A program made the position numbers and the translations under genes. Positions 10,431-20,293 of a stretch of 36,371 nucleotides of DNA are shown one piece after another. The stretch's first letter is position 1. Every line of letters starts with the position of its first letter. The notes beneath the pieces were generated by a model, which searched no databases, was not told the origin of the DNA, and worked only from the letters and a program-made list of their open reading frames with translations. Source of the DNA: Aplysia californica (taxonomy: Eukaryota); assembly GCF_000002075.1 (NCBI RefSeq), contig NW_004797520.1, positions 445,094-481,464 of the forward strand, written 5' to 3'.

Positions 10431-10991
10431 TGATTAAAATTTTAATGAACTGAGCAAAAAACAAACAAACAGAGTCTGTAGAAAAAGTTTACTTTCACCT
10501 CCATACATATATTATACAAAAATGGAAAAAATTTTCCTCTTTCTAATGGAGGTTTTCTGAATAACATAAGCTTCGTGCTATCTTGCACTGACTCCATTTT
10601 TCTGGTTTTGATCACTCTGAAGGAACTGAATACCAGCAGCAACAACAGAGGTACTACCCATGAAGCTGAACCTCTGAGGAATACAGGCATTGTCCAAATC
10701 AAATACTTTTTGGCTCAAGGGGCAGCTTTTTTCAACAGCGTTGACAGTCGCGACAAAAACTCCCAAAAGTGGGAAATTGGAGTCTGTGCAAGACAGCACA
10801 TGGATCACAATCTGGCAATGTCACTCCATTGGTAACAATAGAATCGGTGGGATATAATAGAAACCTTTTCATCATGTACAAATTTTGCTATGTACACGTT
10901 TTAAATACGAGGAATATAATAATATATATATACACACACATGACATGGAAGAAAAAATTCGGGACCTGGAAATCTCTTGTCATACATTTCC

Positions 10992-11365
10992 TTTCTTTCC
11001 TTCATCCTAGCATTCATCACAACAACTTTCTTCTTTCCTTCATCCAAGCATTCATCACAACAACTTTCTTCTTTCCTTCATCCAAGCATTCATCACAACA
11101 ACTTTCTTCTTTCCTTCATCCAAGCATTCCTCACTACAACTTTCTTCTTTCCTTCACACTAGCATTCAACACTACAACTTTCTTCTTTCCTTCACACTAG
11201 CATTCATCACTACAACTTTCTTCTTTCCTTCATCCAAGCATTCATCACTACAACTTTCTTCTTTCCTTCATCCAAGCATTCCTCACTACAACTTTCTTCT
11301 TTCCTTCACACTAGCATTCATCACTACAACTTTCTTCTTTCCTTCACACTAGCATTCATCACACG
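10992..11365. repeat. 47-bp tandem repeat x8, abutting the tail of the 11395-11800 SINE
   Basis: Unit ccttcatccaagcattcatcacaacaactttcttctttc repeated with minor variants. Confidence 0.9.
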
Positions 11366-11394
11366 ACCACAGCGCAGAAATTACACCTGGACTT

Positions 11395-11800
11395 ACCCCC
11401 CGCGGCGGTGCCACTCACTGAAGTGTCTTTAGGCCATTCCCAAAGGGGGGACATTTCTCGTTCTAATGCACAGTAGAATTGTAAAAGGGCAGATCCAACA
11501 ATGTCATGCTCATAACTGTGCCTAAACTACAACAGGAAATGCCTGCTTTTTCTTTCCTAATCCTTACTATCATCATTTTCCTCTACTTTTTTTGTATGTT
11601 TGTCTTACTCTTGTGACCCGCTATTTCCGGGGTGCCTTGATGGTCGAAGCAGACTTTGTGCTGTTGAAGCTAGAGAGGTGAACAGAGTAAGTCTGATTCC
11701 CTGTAAGGACTTCTCTGTTGACATCCACCTCTTGGCGCTCATATGACCTTATGCAGCTGCGAGCGCCGTAAAACCTGTACTAAAACTAAACACTTGGACT
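11395..11800 (-). mobile_element. SINE-like element, family 2 copy, starting ~12 nt after the Kelch-gene stop codon and forming the 3'UTR; abutted by a 47-bp tandem array
   Basis: Reverse-complement match to 30878-31270. Confidence 0.8.
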
Positions 11801-11808
11801 TGTGAAGT

Positions 11809-11990
11809 TCACACGACCACAGCGCTGAAATTACATCTGGACTTGCAAAGAGAAGCCACGCGTCTCCACCGGTCCCCGTCAGTTGTCGGCACCGTGGGAT
11901 CTGCGACTTCCACAAAGTTGGACACGATCCTCGCCCCACCCGGGTACCAGCCGCCCAGGTCAGCGTGTTTCTGAGACGCATACGATTTTC
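11809..11990 (-). CDS. Kelch last blade, terminal coding exon; stop TGA at 11809-11811
   Basis: Acceptor tctcttctcccttacag|GA. Translation (G)KSYASQKHADLGGWYPGGARIVSNFVEVADPTVPTTDGDRWRRVASLCKSRCNFSAVVV*. The phase matches the previous exon. The 3'UTR starts inside a SINE-like element. Confidence 0.65.
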
Positions 11991-12430
11991 CTGTAAGGGA
12001 GAAGAGACGGAGATTTTCCTGTACGATACAAGAGACGTAGAAAAAAATATAAGACTTTATTCACCGGACAAATAAAATCTTAAGTCCCAATAGTTTCCTT
12101 CTTGTGTAAGACTGAGACATCTTAGAAGCAGCATTTCCTCAACGCAGAAACGGAATTAAGTTTAAAATATGGCCATTGTTAGTTGTTTTGTCTAAATCTA
12201 TGATAACTCATCACGTACGATTTTCCTGTACGGTAGAAGAGATGGAGAAAAAAAAATATCACTCTATTCGCTGAGCAAATAAAATCTCAAGTCCCAACAG
12301 TTTCCTTCATTGTGTAAGACTCTAAGACATCTAAGCAGCAGCATTTTCTCAAAGCACAAACGGAGTTCAGTTTTATGATATGGCCATTGTTACTTTTTCC
12401 GTCTAAATCTATGATATCTCATAATGATAC
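11981..12430. repeat. ~205-bp tandem duplication, 2 full copies plus a partial copy that contains the real acceptor of the terminal Kelch exon
   Basis: Units start tacgattttcctgtac[ag].ta.aagaga.ggag.... The partial unit 11981-12012 reads ...cctgtaaggga, which is the exon 10 acceptor. The full units carry ..cgtacag|GAAAATC on the minus strand. Confidence 0.85.
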
Positions 12431-12644
12431 CCCAACGAGTCAGACGAAATGCTTCATGGGCACACACATGTAGTAATGTAGTTTATTGTGAGTGATATAT
12501 CAAGGTAGCGATAAAGAGCCAGAAGCCCAGAGGAGGGGGGAAAGGAGGTGAGGGCAGAAAGTGGAGATGAAATCAGAAAACAGAACATTGCTAGAAAGCA
12601 GGAAAGGAAATGAAAGGAGTCAATTTTAGAGAAGAAAATGTTTC

Positions 12645-12738
12645 TGTCGCTATCCGGATTCGAACCCGGGACCTTTGAATTTGAAAGAGAGGCGAACACC
12701 TTAACCTCTAGGTCACGAGAGCTCCCCACCAATAGTGA
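12645..12738 (-). ncRNA. tRNA-derived SINE head / tRNA pseudogene with a B-box GGTTCGAATCC, 15 bp downstream of the Kelch exon 9 donor
   Basis: Minus-strand sequence GGGGAGCTCTCGTGACCTAGAGGTTAAGGTGTTCGCCTCTCTTTCAAATTCAAAGGTCCCGGGTTCGAATCCGGATAGCGACAG. The T-arm has a 1-nt deletion relative to a canonical stem, and no acceptor-stem pairing was found. Confidence 0.5.
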
Positions 12739-12753
12739 ACAGGCTGCACTTAC

Positions 12754-12927
12754 CACCAATAGTGTAGAGAAGACCATCCATGGCCAGACTACAGTGATGA
12801 GAGCGAGAGTGCTGCATCTCGGCAAACATCAACCACTTGTCCTCCCGGACATCGTAGCGTTCACATTTCTGCAACCGCCTGCGAGGATTTTCCCCACCAT
12901 ACCCACCAGAGACAAATATTTCCTCAC
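12754..12927 (-). CDS. Kelch repeat exon
   Basis: Acceptor caattgcag|GT and consensus donor GGTG|GTAAGT. Translation (G)EEIFVSGGYGGENPRRRLQKCERYDVREDKWLMFAEMQHSRSHHCSLAMDGLLYTIG carries YD..EDKW and LLYTIGG Kelch motifs. Confidence 0.8.
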
Positions 12928-13479
12928 CTGCAATTGCAAACAAAAGACAGGATTTTTTTAGAGAAACCAGCACAATTTCAAAACTAACAGTTTATTTTAA
13001 AAAGTAAGAATTTATTGTACACAAAGTAGGCCTAAAAAATAAGATGACGGCAACACTTGGAAGAGACAAAAGTTATAAAATATCATTAACTAACCACTAG
13101 CCACATACATAATTACCTCTTTTTTTCTTATATTTTCAACAGTCTCTTATTCCAGAGTTTGTCTTTCCCGTGAGAAGACATAATAATCTTGTCTTGAAGA
13201 CACAGGTGTGTGTTTTTTTTTTTTGTCTTTTTCGGAAACATCGACCACACTATAATTTGTAAACATCCACATCATCGGGGAAAAAGTAGGCCAAGATGGT
13301 GATTGTGTTATGAACATTTATACTATCAGACAAAAAGTAGGCCCTATCACTATTTGATTTTAAAATCATTTCTTTCACAGGAAAATGTCTTTGAGGAGCT
13401 TCGTTTCAAAGTTATCACAGCAATGGCAGGACTTATGTATTCTCCAGCTAGTAAATGACAACAAATGCCCTTCACTGAC

Positions 13480-13702
13480 CTAAAGAGACCACAGCGAAGT
13501 CACACCTAGTGCTGATCATGCTGGACTTGGTCAGCCATCTTGTGTGGTCTTCACTCAGCGCCAGAACCGCGTCGGAGAAGACTCGTTCCCACATCGGGCC
13601 GGAGAAGCCCCCCAGGAGGAAGAGCTGACCTTTGTGCACGACCGCCTTCAGGCCGCAGTGGCTGGCGTCTAGCACAGTGGTCAAGCTGGGCAGGGGTCTT
13701 TT
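13480..13702 (-). CDS. Kelch repeat exon
   Basis: Acceptor cccctaaag|AAA in phase 0 and donor TTTAG|GTCAGT. Translation KRPLPSLTTVLDASHCGLKAVVHKGQLFLLGGFSGPMWERVFSDAVLALSEDHTRWLTKSSMISTRCDFAVVSL carries the LFLLGG double-glycine blade motif. Confidence 0.75.
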
Positions 13703-13721
13703 CTTTAGGGGAAACAGAAAT

Positions 13722-14197
13722 TAAGTTTTAGTTTTAGTACAAGTTTGATGGAACTTGCAACAACACAAAAATGCGTCATATAAATGCTGAAACAGAAAGA
13801 GAAGTGAATCGATACAGGCAAGAGAGCTTTTCTTTGGAGGACTCAGAAATTTAGTTTTAGTTTTAGTTTTAGTACAAGCTTCATGGAACTTGCAACAACA
13901 CAAAAATATGTCATAAAAATATAAATGCTGAAACAGAAAGATAAGTGAATCGATATAGGGCAGTGGACCTTTCTTAGGAGGACTCAGAAATTTAGTTTTA
14001 ATTTTAGTACAAGTTTCATGGAACTTGCACCTCAAAAATATGTCAATATAAAAGCTGAAACAGAAACAGAAGTGAATCGATACAGGGCAGGGGACCTTTC
14101 TTTAGAGGAAACAAATTAAGTCGTAGTTTTAGTAGCCTACAAGTTGCATGGAACTTGCCATACAAAAATAGGTCATATAAATGCTGAAACAGAAAGT
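13722..14197. repeat. ~125-bp tandem array x~4 in a Kelch-gene intron; units end with copies of the exon 8 acceptor plus the first ~17 nt of the exon and begin with a family 1 SINE-head-like segment
   Basis: Unit ends cagggcaggggacctttctttagaggaaac correspond on the minus strand to cctctaaag|AAAGGTCCCCTGCCC. The real acceptor is cccctaaag|AAAAGACCCCTGCCC at 13702. Confidence 0.85.
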
Positions 14198-14340
14198 TTA
14201 GTTTTAGTAAGAGTCTTACTGCACTTGCAACACAATACAATAAGGTCATATACGTGTCGAAGAGTAGAGGTATTACAAGAGAGTAACAAACACAAAAAAG
14301 GAGAATGAGAGATAAGGACGATAGCTGTTTGATAGGAAAC
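14198..14340 (+). mobile_element. SINE-like element, family 1 copy, in a Kelch-gene intron
   Basis: Same consensus. The minus-strand ORF of the Kelch exon runs on through it in the intron, a reading-frame artefact. Confidence 0.8.
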
Positions 14341-14364
14341 TGAAAAGACGGACAGAGAACCTAC

Positions 14365-14758
14365 CACATCACACAAGATATCTCCATCTTGACACTTGAC
14401 ATCAATGGCGATTGATTCTTCCACCCTGACCGCATAAATCACGTTGTTCACCGTGCAGTGAGCCACAGTCCCTCCGTGCGTCAAGCATCGCGTGATTCCA
14501 TCGCGGGCAGCCTCGGTGAACACTCTGTCGTCCCGGTCCCACTTATCGAACAGATGGTTGTAAACGTAAACTACCGTCGTGTGAGAACAATCGTTCCTGT
14601 CGGGCTCCACTGTCATGTACACAGCAAAAAACGTCACGTATCCCATCAGGTTTAACGCGACGCCGTACGACGGAGCCTCCGGTAAGCTACACACGGTGGA
14701 TAACGTGTCACTTCCTGGGTCGTACTTCTCTACTGTTGGTGTCCGCGGGCACGTTGGA
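14365..14758 (-). CDS. Kelch repeat exon, about 3 blades
   Basis: Acceptor tttgttccag|T and donor GATGTG|GTAGGT. Translation ...PTCPRTPTVEKYDPGSDTLSTVCSLPEAPSYGVALNLMGYVTFFAVYMTVEPDRNDCSHTTVVYVYNHLFDKWDRDDRVFTEAARDGITRCLTHGGTVAHCTVNNVIYAVRVEESIAIDVKCQDGDILCDV. It contains VEKYDP and DKW Kelch-blade motifs, diverged. Confidence 0.75.
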
Positions 14759-15204
14759 CTGGAACAAAAACAATAATCCAATAATCTGATTAAACGCTAG
14801 TTCAGTTTTCACATAAAATATCAGTGAAAACAGCAGTCCCAAACTGAAAAGTCTGAAATCACTCTCAAGGAAAACAGTGCACCAGAGACAGGCCTGCCAT
14901 AGAAAACAGATATAAACATGATATATACAATATTATACAATACAATATCATAAACATGATATATACAATTATATATACAACATATGTATACAACATTTTG
15001 TACCAACATCAGATGCCATCACTTTTGCTCCATTAACTTGCACTACATTACGACACGATTAGAGAGGATTTCCCAGCAATCTTTTCAGACAAAGAATAAC
15101 ACTTTCCCCAACTTCAGACTAATAAAAATATAATTGGGAGACTGTTACTGTTGACAGAGATAATTAATTGAGATCTTTTTCATAGAACAAAAGAAAACTC
15201 TCAC

Positions 15205-15425
15205 ATACGGGGAATCAGGCTTACTCTGCTCACCTCTCTAGCTTCAACAGCACAAAGTCTGATTCGACTATCAAAGCACCCTGGAAAAGAAGCAGAGGAA
15301 AAATGACGATAGTAAGGATGAGGAAAGAAAAAGCAGCAGTTCCCCCTATGTTGTTCCGGCACAGTATGAGCATGACATTGATAAATCAGCCCATTTACAA
15401 TTCTACTGTGCATAAGAACATGCTA
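15205..15425 (+). mobile_element. Partial family 2 SINE copy
   Basis: Matches 30950-31200 (tcagacttactctgctcacctctctagcttcaacagcacaaagtctg...). Confidence 0.7.
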
Positions 15426-15525
15426 TTATCCCCTCTTTGGGAATGAAACAGGGATTTGACCAAACTATCTGCAATATGAACTGGATATTCGATTCCTCTA
15501 AAACCGGAACAAGACGTTCACCTAC

Positions 15526-15622
15526 CCTGTCCGAGACTGTAAGAATCCACAAATAATCATGAAGTGATGTGTACACTTCCTCGGGACCTCTGTATCCTGT
15601 TGCTGAAATCGTCTCTCAAGCT
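15526..15622 (-). CDS. Candidate 97-nt exon linking BACK to Kelch
   Basis: Strong acceptor tttttattttag|AG and donor GACAGG|GTAGGT. The frame is open (ELERRFQQQDTEVPRKCTHHFMIICGFLQSRTG). Its length restores the phase between exon 16362-16532 (+1) and exon 14365-14758 (needs +2). No clear Kelch motif. An alternative is a direct junction via the acceptor ccaacag|TAGAGAAG inside the next exon. Confidence 0.4.
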
Positions 15623-16361
15623 CTAAAATAAAAATCATAACAAACAAATTCTTGATCATTAATGGTACAAACAGATTAACGATATCATGAAGAATTAAAC
15701 ATTTTTACGTAATTCTATCTCACCCCTATTCTAATTGTTGAAAGTAACTTTCGATGTCCCATTCTTAAAATAACAAGTAAAAAGCGTTTTTTGCTCATGA
15801 TGTCACGCAACCCAAATGTGGCTCCAGTGACAATGGAGACGTGACCTGCGCATGGTAGGCCAGTTTCTGAATAGAATACTCCCGTTTACTTTTACCCTTT
15901 AATCTCTACTAAAACAAAAACATGCCACACACTCTAGAAAAGTAGACTTTTACCCTTTAACTCTTTATCTCCAAGGGGGGTGAACCCACTATGCCGGGGC
16001 AATATTTTGGTGCTAAATGTAAAAATGACAAAAACGTTATTAAATGGGTCATGAAATCGAAACTAGCAAACCTATTTCGATAGTTCTTCATCTAATGAAT
16101 GAACATCCGGTAAAAGAGACCGCAAAAAGCAATTTGATGTCGAAGTCGTCGTAGAGGAATGTGCCCAAGCTGCTGTCAGCGGCTTGCCGGAGATAAAGAG
16201 TTAATCTCTACTACTACAAGCCACTCACTCTAGAAAAGTAGACTGTTACCCTTTTATTTCTCCTAATACGTACCACACACTCTAGAAAAGTTACCAAGAA
16301 ATTCAGCAAAAATTCAAACTCAATACTACGGTACGACATTACCAAACAAGACAGCTCTAAC

Positions 16362-16532
16362 CTTGTTTGCCCTCTACATCAGAGTCATCCAAGAGTTGTC
16401 TCCTCAAATCCTGGGAGACCTCCGACACACTCACATGACCCAGGACCTCCTCAAGGTCGTGCACCCTGGCGTCTCGGTCGTGCTTGTACCACTTGAGCAC
16501 CGCCTCCAGGACAAAATCCTCTCCACGGGGAC
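16362..16532 (-). CDS. BACK domain exon
   Basis: Acceptor tactccaag|GT immediately 3' of the (GAT)n tract, and donor CAAG|GTTAGA. Translation (G)PRGEDFVLEAVLKWYKHDRDARVHDLEEVLGHVSVSEVSQDLRRQLLDDSDVEGKQ. Confidence 0.75.
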
Positions 16533-16545
16533 CTTGGAGTAAAAG

Positions 16546-16790
16546 AGCATCATCATCGTCATCATCACCACCATCATTGTCATCATCATCATCATCATCA
16601 CCATCATCATCACCATCATTGTCATCATCATCATCATCATCATCACCATCATCATTATCATCATCATTATCATGATCATCGTCATTATTTGTCATGATGA
16701 TGCTCATCATCGTCATCATTATTGTCTTTATTGCTGTCATCATCATCATTTCGTCATCATCATCATTGTCTTCATCATGTAGCCTTTCCC
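16546..16790. repeat. (GAT)n / (ATC)n trinucleotide tract, ~240 bp, intronic, ending at the acceptor of the BACK exon (16532)
   Basis: catcatcat... on plus. On the minus strand it reads in frame as poly-Asp/Asn directly upstream of the exon. Confidence 0.95.
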
Positions 16791-16929
16791 AACCTGGATC
16801 AGGGCATAGGCCACCAACAAACATTTTCCACCTTTCCCTATCTTGGACTAGCTTCTTGACATTATTCCACGTCTTTCTACTTTTCTCTAATAATAAAAAT
16901 AATAGAGTCAAACTTGGGGTTTGATCACC

Positions 16930-17220
16930 AACTCAGGGACCCTGACAAAAATGGTGCTTAACTCTCTCCGTACGCCCTGGGGTCATTTTGTACCCCGGGG
17001 GTTGTATTCTTCACATTTTAGAATACTTCTAGCTCAAAGATCTCTTTCAAGACTTTCAGTATTTCTCAAAAAATCATTTTGACAGACTGCTATGCAAAGT
17101 GTACGGATAGGATTAACAAGTAAATTTCCTCTTTCGAAAGTGGTGGCACAGAGTTCCCCACGTCATATGAATACGATAGTAAAACATGATGTAAGGATAG
17201 GGTAAGGGAAAGAAAATGAG
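16930..17220 (-). mobile_element. Second, inverted copy of the same dispersed repeat, in a Kelch-gene intron
   Basis: Reverse-complement match to 1000-1480. Confidence 0.7.
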
Positions 17221-17626
17221 TTAAGCTTGATAAAGAGGTCTTTTCAAATCAACGTGAGAAAAAAAAATGAGTTTGGTTTTACACAAGGGTCTTCACAAAT
17301 AAACATGAAAATAAAATAAATGAGTTTGACTTAACAGAGCAGTCTCCTCAAATCATTATGAGAAAAAAAATATTTGGCTTGACAATACAACCCACATTAT
17401 ATTGTCTTGAACGTATCGGTGTTCTTGTCTTTAATAAAGAAGTCTACCGAATCCCACCATGATTTGCTGTGTAGATCTCAATACTGTATAAAAGAAATTA
17501 AAGACTGAAAAAAACCCAATAATCTGACTGAATGCTAGCCTAGTTTTCACAGACACCTTTTCCATAGAAAAAGAGAAAATTAAAAAACCACTCAAACGAT
17601 CAAAATGGCCATAGCCAGTCACAGAC

Positions 17627-17788
17627 CTGTTCTCAGCCCGTCCTCACGGAGAACTTCGACAAGATCTCGTGCCGACAGCTCCAAAAAAGCCTCTGTGTGC
17701 ACCACAGCCTGGAAGTACAAGCGAATCACTTGACAGCAAGCCTGGCCCAGCTTCTCACAGCTGTGAGTCTTGGCAAGTTTCAGCAAAT
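17627..17788 (-). CDS. BACK domain exon
   Basis: Acceptor tctttccag|AT and donor ACAG|GTCTGT. Translation (D)LLKLAKTHSCEKLGQACCQVIRLYFQAVVHTEAFLELSARDLVEVLREDGLRT. Confidence 0.8.
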
Positions 17789-18348
17789 CTGGAAAGAAAG
17801 AAGCACAGGTTATTTAAAGAATACATATAACTCGATAGCTGTATGCAAGACTGACAAAGGCCATTACACCATTTGGCATTTGTCTCAGTCTTGCACTCAG
17901 GCATCAAAATGCAGATGTCTGTATATTATACATCTGTGCACACATCACCCATTCAATCCTCACTGTAACAGAGTACCCTTGGAAGCTATTCTATGTCAGT
18001 CTTTGCTTGCAGCGGTCAGCAATGATCACTTGTGGTCATTACCAGCTCTAAACTACAGCCAGTATTCCTTACACACAAAAAGATATCTACACATGAGAAG
18101 GATGGAACACGCGACCTGCATGGTACTGTCAACGATAGAAATAATGGTTTATATATATATCTATCATTTCCCTGCTTTTAGCAAAGTAGACTGTAGTTGT
18201 CTTTTGTTCCATCTGCCAAACTTGTCCTGAGCAACCTCTTAAAAAAAAAAAATTGTCAACCGCTTCAATGCTGTTGTATGTACAGGCTTTTAAAAAGATT
18301 TAATATTTTCAGCAAAACAAATCGCCCCCTGTTAATACCGGTACATAC

Positions 18349-18465
18349 CTAAGCAGTTCGATACATCCAGTTCCCATTCCATAAACCTTGTGCACATTGC
18401 GTAGATTCCAGACATACTCCAAATGTCAGAGAGCTGAAACATTTTCTGCACATCAGTGGCCGCAA
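18349..18465 (-). CDS. BTB C-terminal / BACK start exon
   Basis: Acceptor ctttttag|TT and donor CTTAG|GTATGT. Translation (V)AATDVQKMFQLSDIWSMSGIYAMCTRFMEWELDVSNCL. Phase 1 at both ends, consistent with its neighbours. Confidence 0.8.
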   Translation of the reverse strand: MRPLMCRKCFSSLTFGVCLESTQCAQGLWNGNWMYRTA

Positions 18466-19451
18466 CTAAAAAGAAACATTTTAAGATTTTAAAAAAGCAT
18501 CATGTCTAAAGTCCAATTGTATGACTTAAAGTATGTTGAAACAAAACGCCAATAAAAGGCAAAAATGTGGGGATTTCACAAAGAACTGAATTTCTCAACA
18601 GATACTGAAGGATGAAAATCTTTCCATTTCATCTTTTTGCCAAAGAAGGCACAGCTTTGTTTGACTGAGCTAGAAAATCATGATGTCACAACACTCATCT
18701 AGTAAAGAAAAAGGCAATACAACCCGTCCCCGTGGTTTTATGCACCCCACATAATTTAGCAAAATTTGATAATTTTTTGCATAATTTCTGATTATTTCCC
18801 TTTATCATTTTTTGCTAAAATTAACAGAATCACATAATTTTCACATTTTTGGGCTCAGTTTGCATAATTTCAGAATTTTTTTGCATTAAACCACAGGGAG
18901 AGTACAACGGACTTAAAATAACAGACCAATGAGTAGTGAGTAGAACCAACAATAACACCCTCCATCCACATTCAGTAGACCTCTATAATATACTGATTCT
19001 TCACACCAACAAGGTAGAATAGAAGTATATCGGACCAAAAATAAGTTTCACAAAACACATGAACATGTTTGTACATTTGCCACTCTATGAACTATGTCAT
19101 TAACAGGCAATCTGCACAAAAAACAACAACAAACAAAAAAAACATTACAAAAAAATCTTAATATATATATAAGAGTTTTTATGCCCCTTTCGACAAAATT
19201 CAGATCATATAGAAAGCTAGCTCCAACCCTGTGTTTCATGGCTAACCCTGGCTCTGAGAGATTCAACTTCCCATCAGAAAGACCAAGATACTCGATAAAA
19301 ATTCTCTCCATACATGATGTGAACTAAAGTCTTCTGCGTTTAACAACAAATGCCTAACTTTACTGTTACCCCACAGACACTGGAAAACAAATTAAACGAT
19401 GCGGAACAAATGGAAAATTATGCAATACAAAGATCTATATATATACATTAC

Positions 19452-19638
19452 CATGCATGATTCCCTTGTAGAAAAACTCAATCAGCTTTGATACAGTTTG
19501 AAAATCCACATATTCCCCAAGATCTACAACAGACTGGGAGCTTTCTGCAAAATTCTCTGAAAACATGGCCTTGAAATAGTCCACTTTATTCGCCAAAACC
19601 TCCTTGTGGGCTTTCACCTGACAGTCTGCAGAGCCAAC
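19452..19638 (-). CDS. BTB domain exon
   Basis: NAGNAG acceptor gagcag|GTT and donor CATG|GTAATG. Translation VGSADCQVKAHKEVLANKVDYFKAMFSENFAESSQSVVDLGEYVDFQTVSKLIEFFYKGIMH is a canonical BTB/POZ core. Confidence 0.85.
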
Positions 19639-20160
19639 CTGCTCAAGTAAACAAAGTCAGATATCAAAACACCTGTACTGTAGCACTTTAAAAAAGACAT
19701 AATCTAAATAAAAGCAAAAATCTCTTACTTTAGACACAAATGGTGAGTTTTTCTATGTTTATTTGTTTAGAAGCACAGTGGGCAAGGAGAGGCATTTCAG
19801 ACCATTTCTCTTACCCAACAATGGAGTCCACTTATTATGAAATCTGGAGACATGAATTCTTTAGAGTTCAGTTCTAGAAGTTCGCAAATTAAACAGTACA
19901 AATGTGTCCAAAATGTTTCCAAAACCATTTTGTTTATCATGTTTAGAGCAAATGCAGATAGATATAAAATGTTGCTTTCATCTGTTTGTTCTCAGGTCTT
20001 ATTTATATTATCATTATCATCATCATTTTATTATTATAATATAATATTATTATCAACTATCATTAATATAATTACATCATCATCATCATGATCAATTATC
20101 ATCACTATCATTAATATCATCATAATTAATGCAATTACAAATACAATACTACTACTTTAC

Positions 20161-20293
20161 CTGAAGTGTGATATCAAACGGTGTTTTCTTAATTTCATTC
20201 ATTTCTCTCTTGAAGGCCTGTTGGCCTTTGACGGTGATGGTCATGAGGTTTCCCTCAACTTTCACTTTACAACCATCCTCCTCAAACGTCAAG
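20161..20293 (-). CDS. BTB-BACK-Kelch gene exon 1: N-terminal region plus start of BTB
   Basis: Translation (x)LTFEEDGCKVKVEGNLMTITVKGQQAFKREMNEIKKTPFDITLQ with donor CTTCAG|GTAAAG. An upstream acceptor ccctcccag|C suggests a further 5' exon. Alternatively the start is the ATG at 20244 (MTITVKG...). Confidence 0.6.

Noticed and set aside
12645-12738. Possible functional tRNA gene on the minus strand
   Set aside because: The T-arm would need an 8-nt loop or contain mismatches. No 7-bp acceptor stem or canonical anticodon arm can be drawn. It is better explained as a tRNA-derived SINE head or pseudogene.
1775-14197. Tandem arrays considered as possible CRISPR-like or satellite loci of prokaryotic type
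   Set aside because: The context is clearly spliced eukaryotic DNA. The units are degenerate direct repeats without unique spacers and are derived from flanking exon junctions or SINE heads.
16357-16911. 184-aa minus-strand ORF with a long poly-Asp/Asn run
   Set aside because: The acidic run is the translation of an intronic (GAT)n microsatellite. Only the last 57 codons are a BACK-domain exon, at 16362-16532, and a phase-matched acceptor sits at 16533.
17697-18230. 177-aa plus-strand ORF
   Set aside because: It is antisense to the Kelch-gene BACK exon (17627-17788). Its composition is low-complexity, and it has no splice or protein-motif support.
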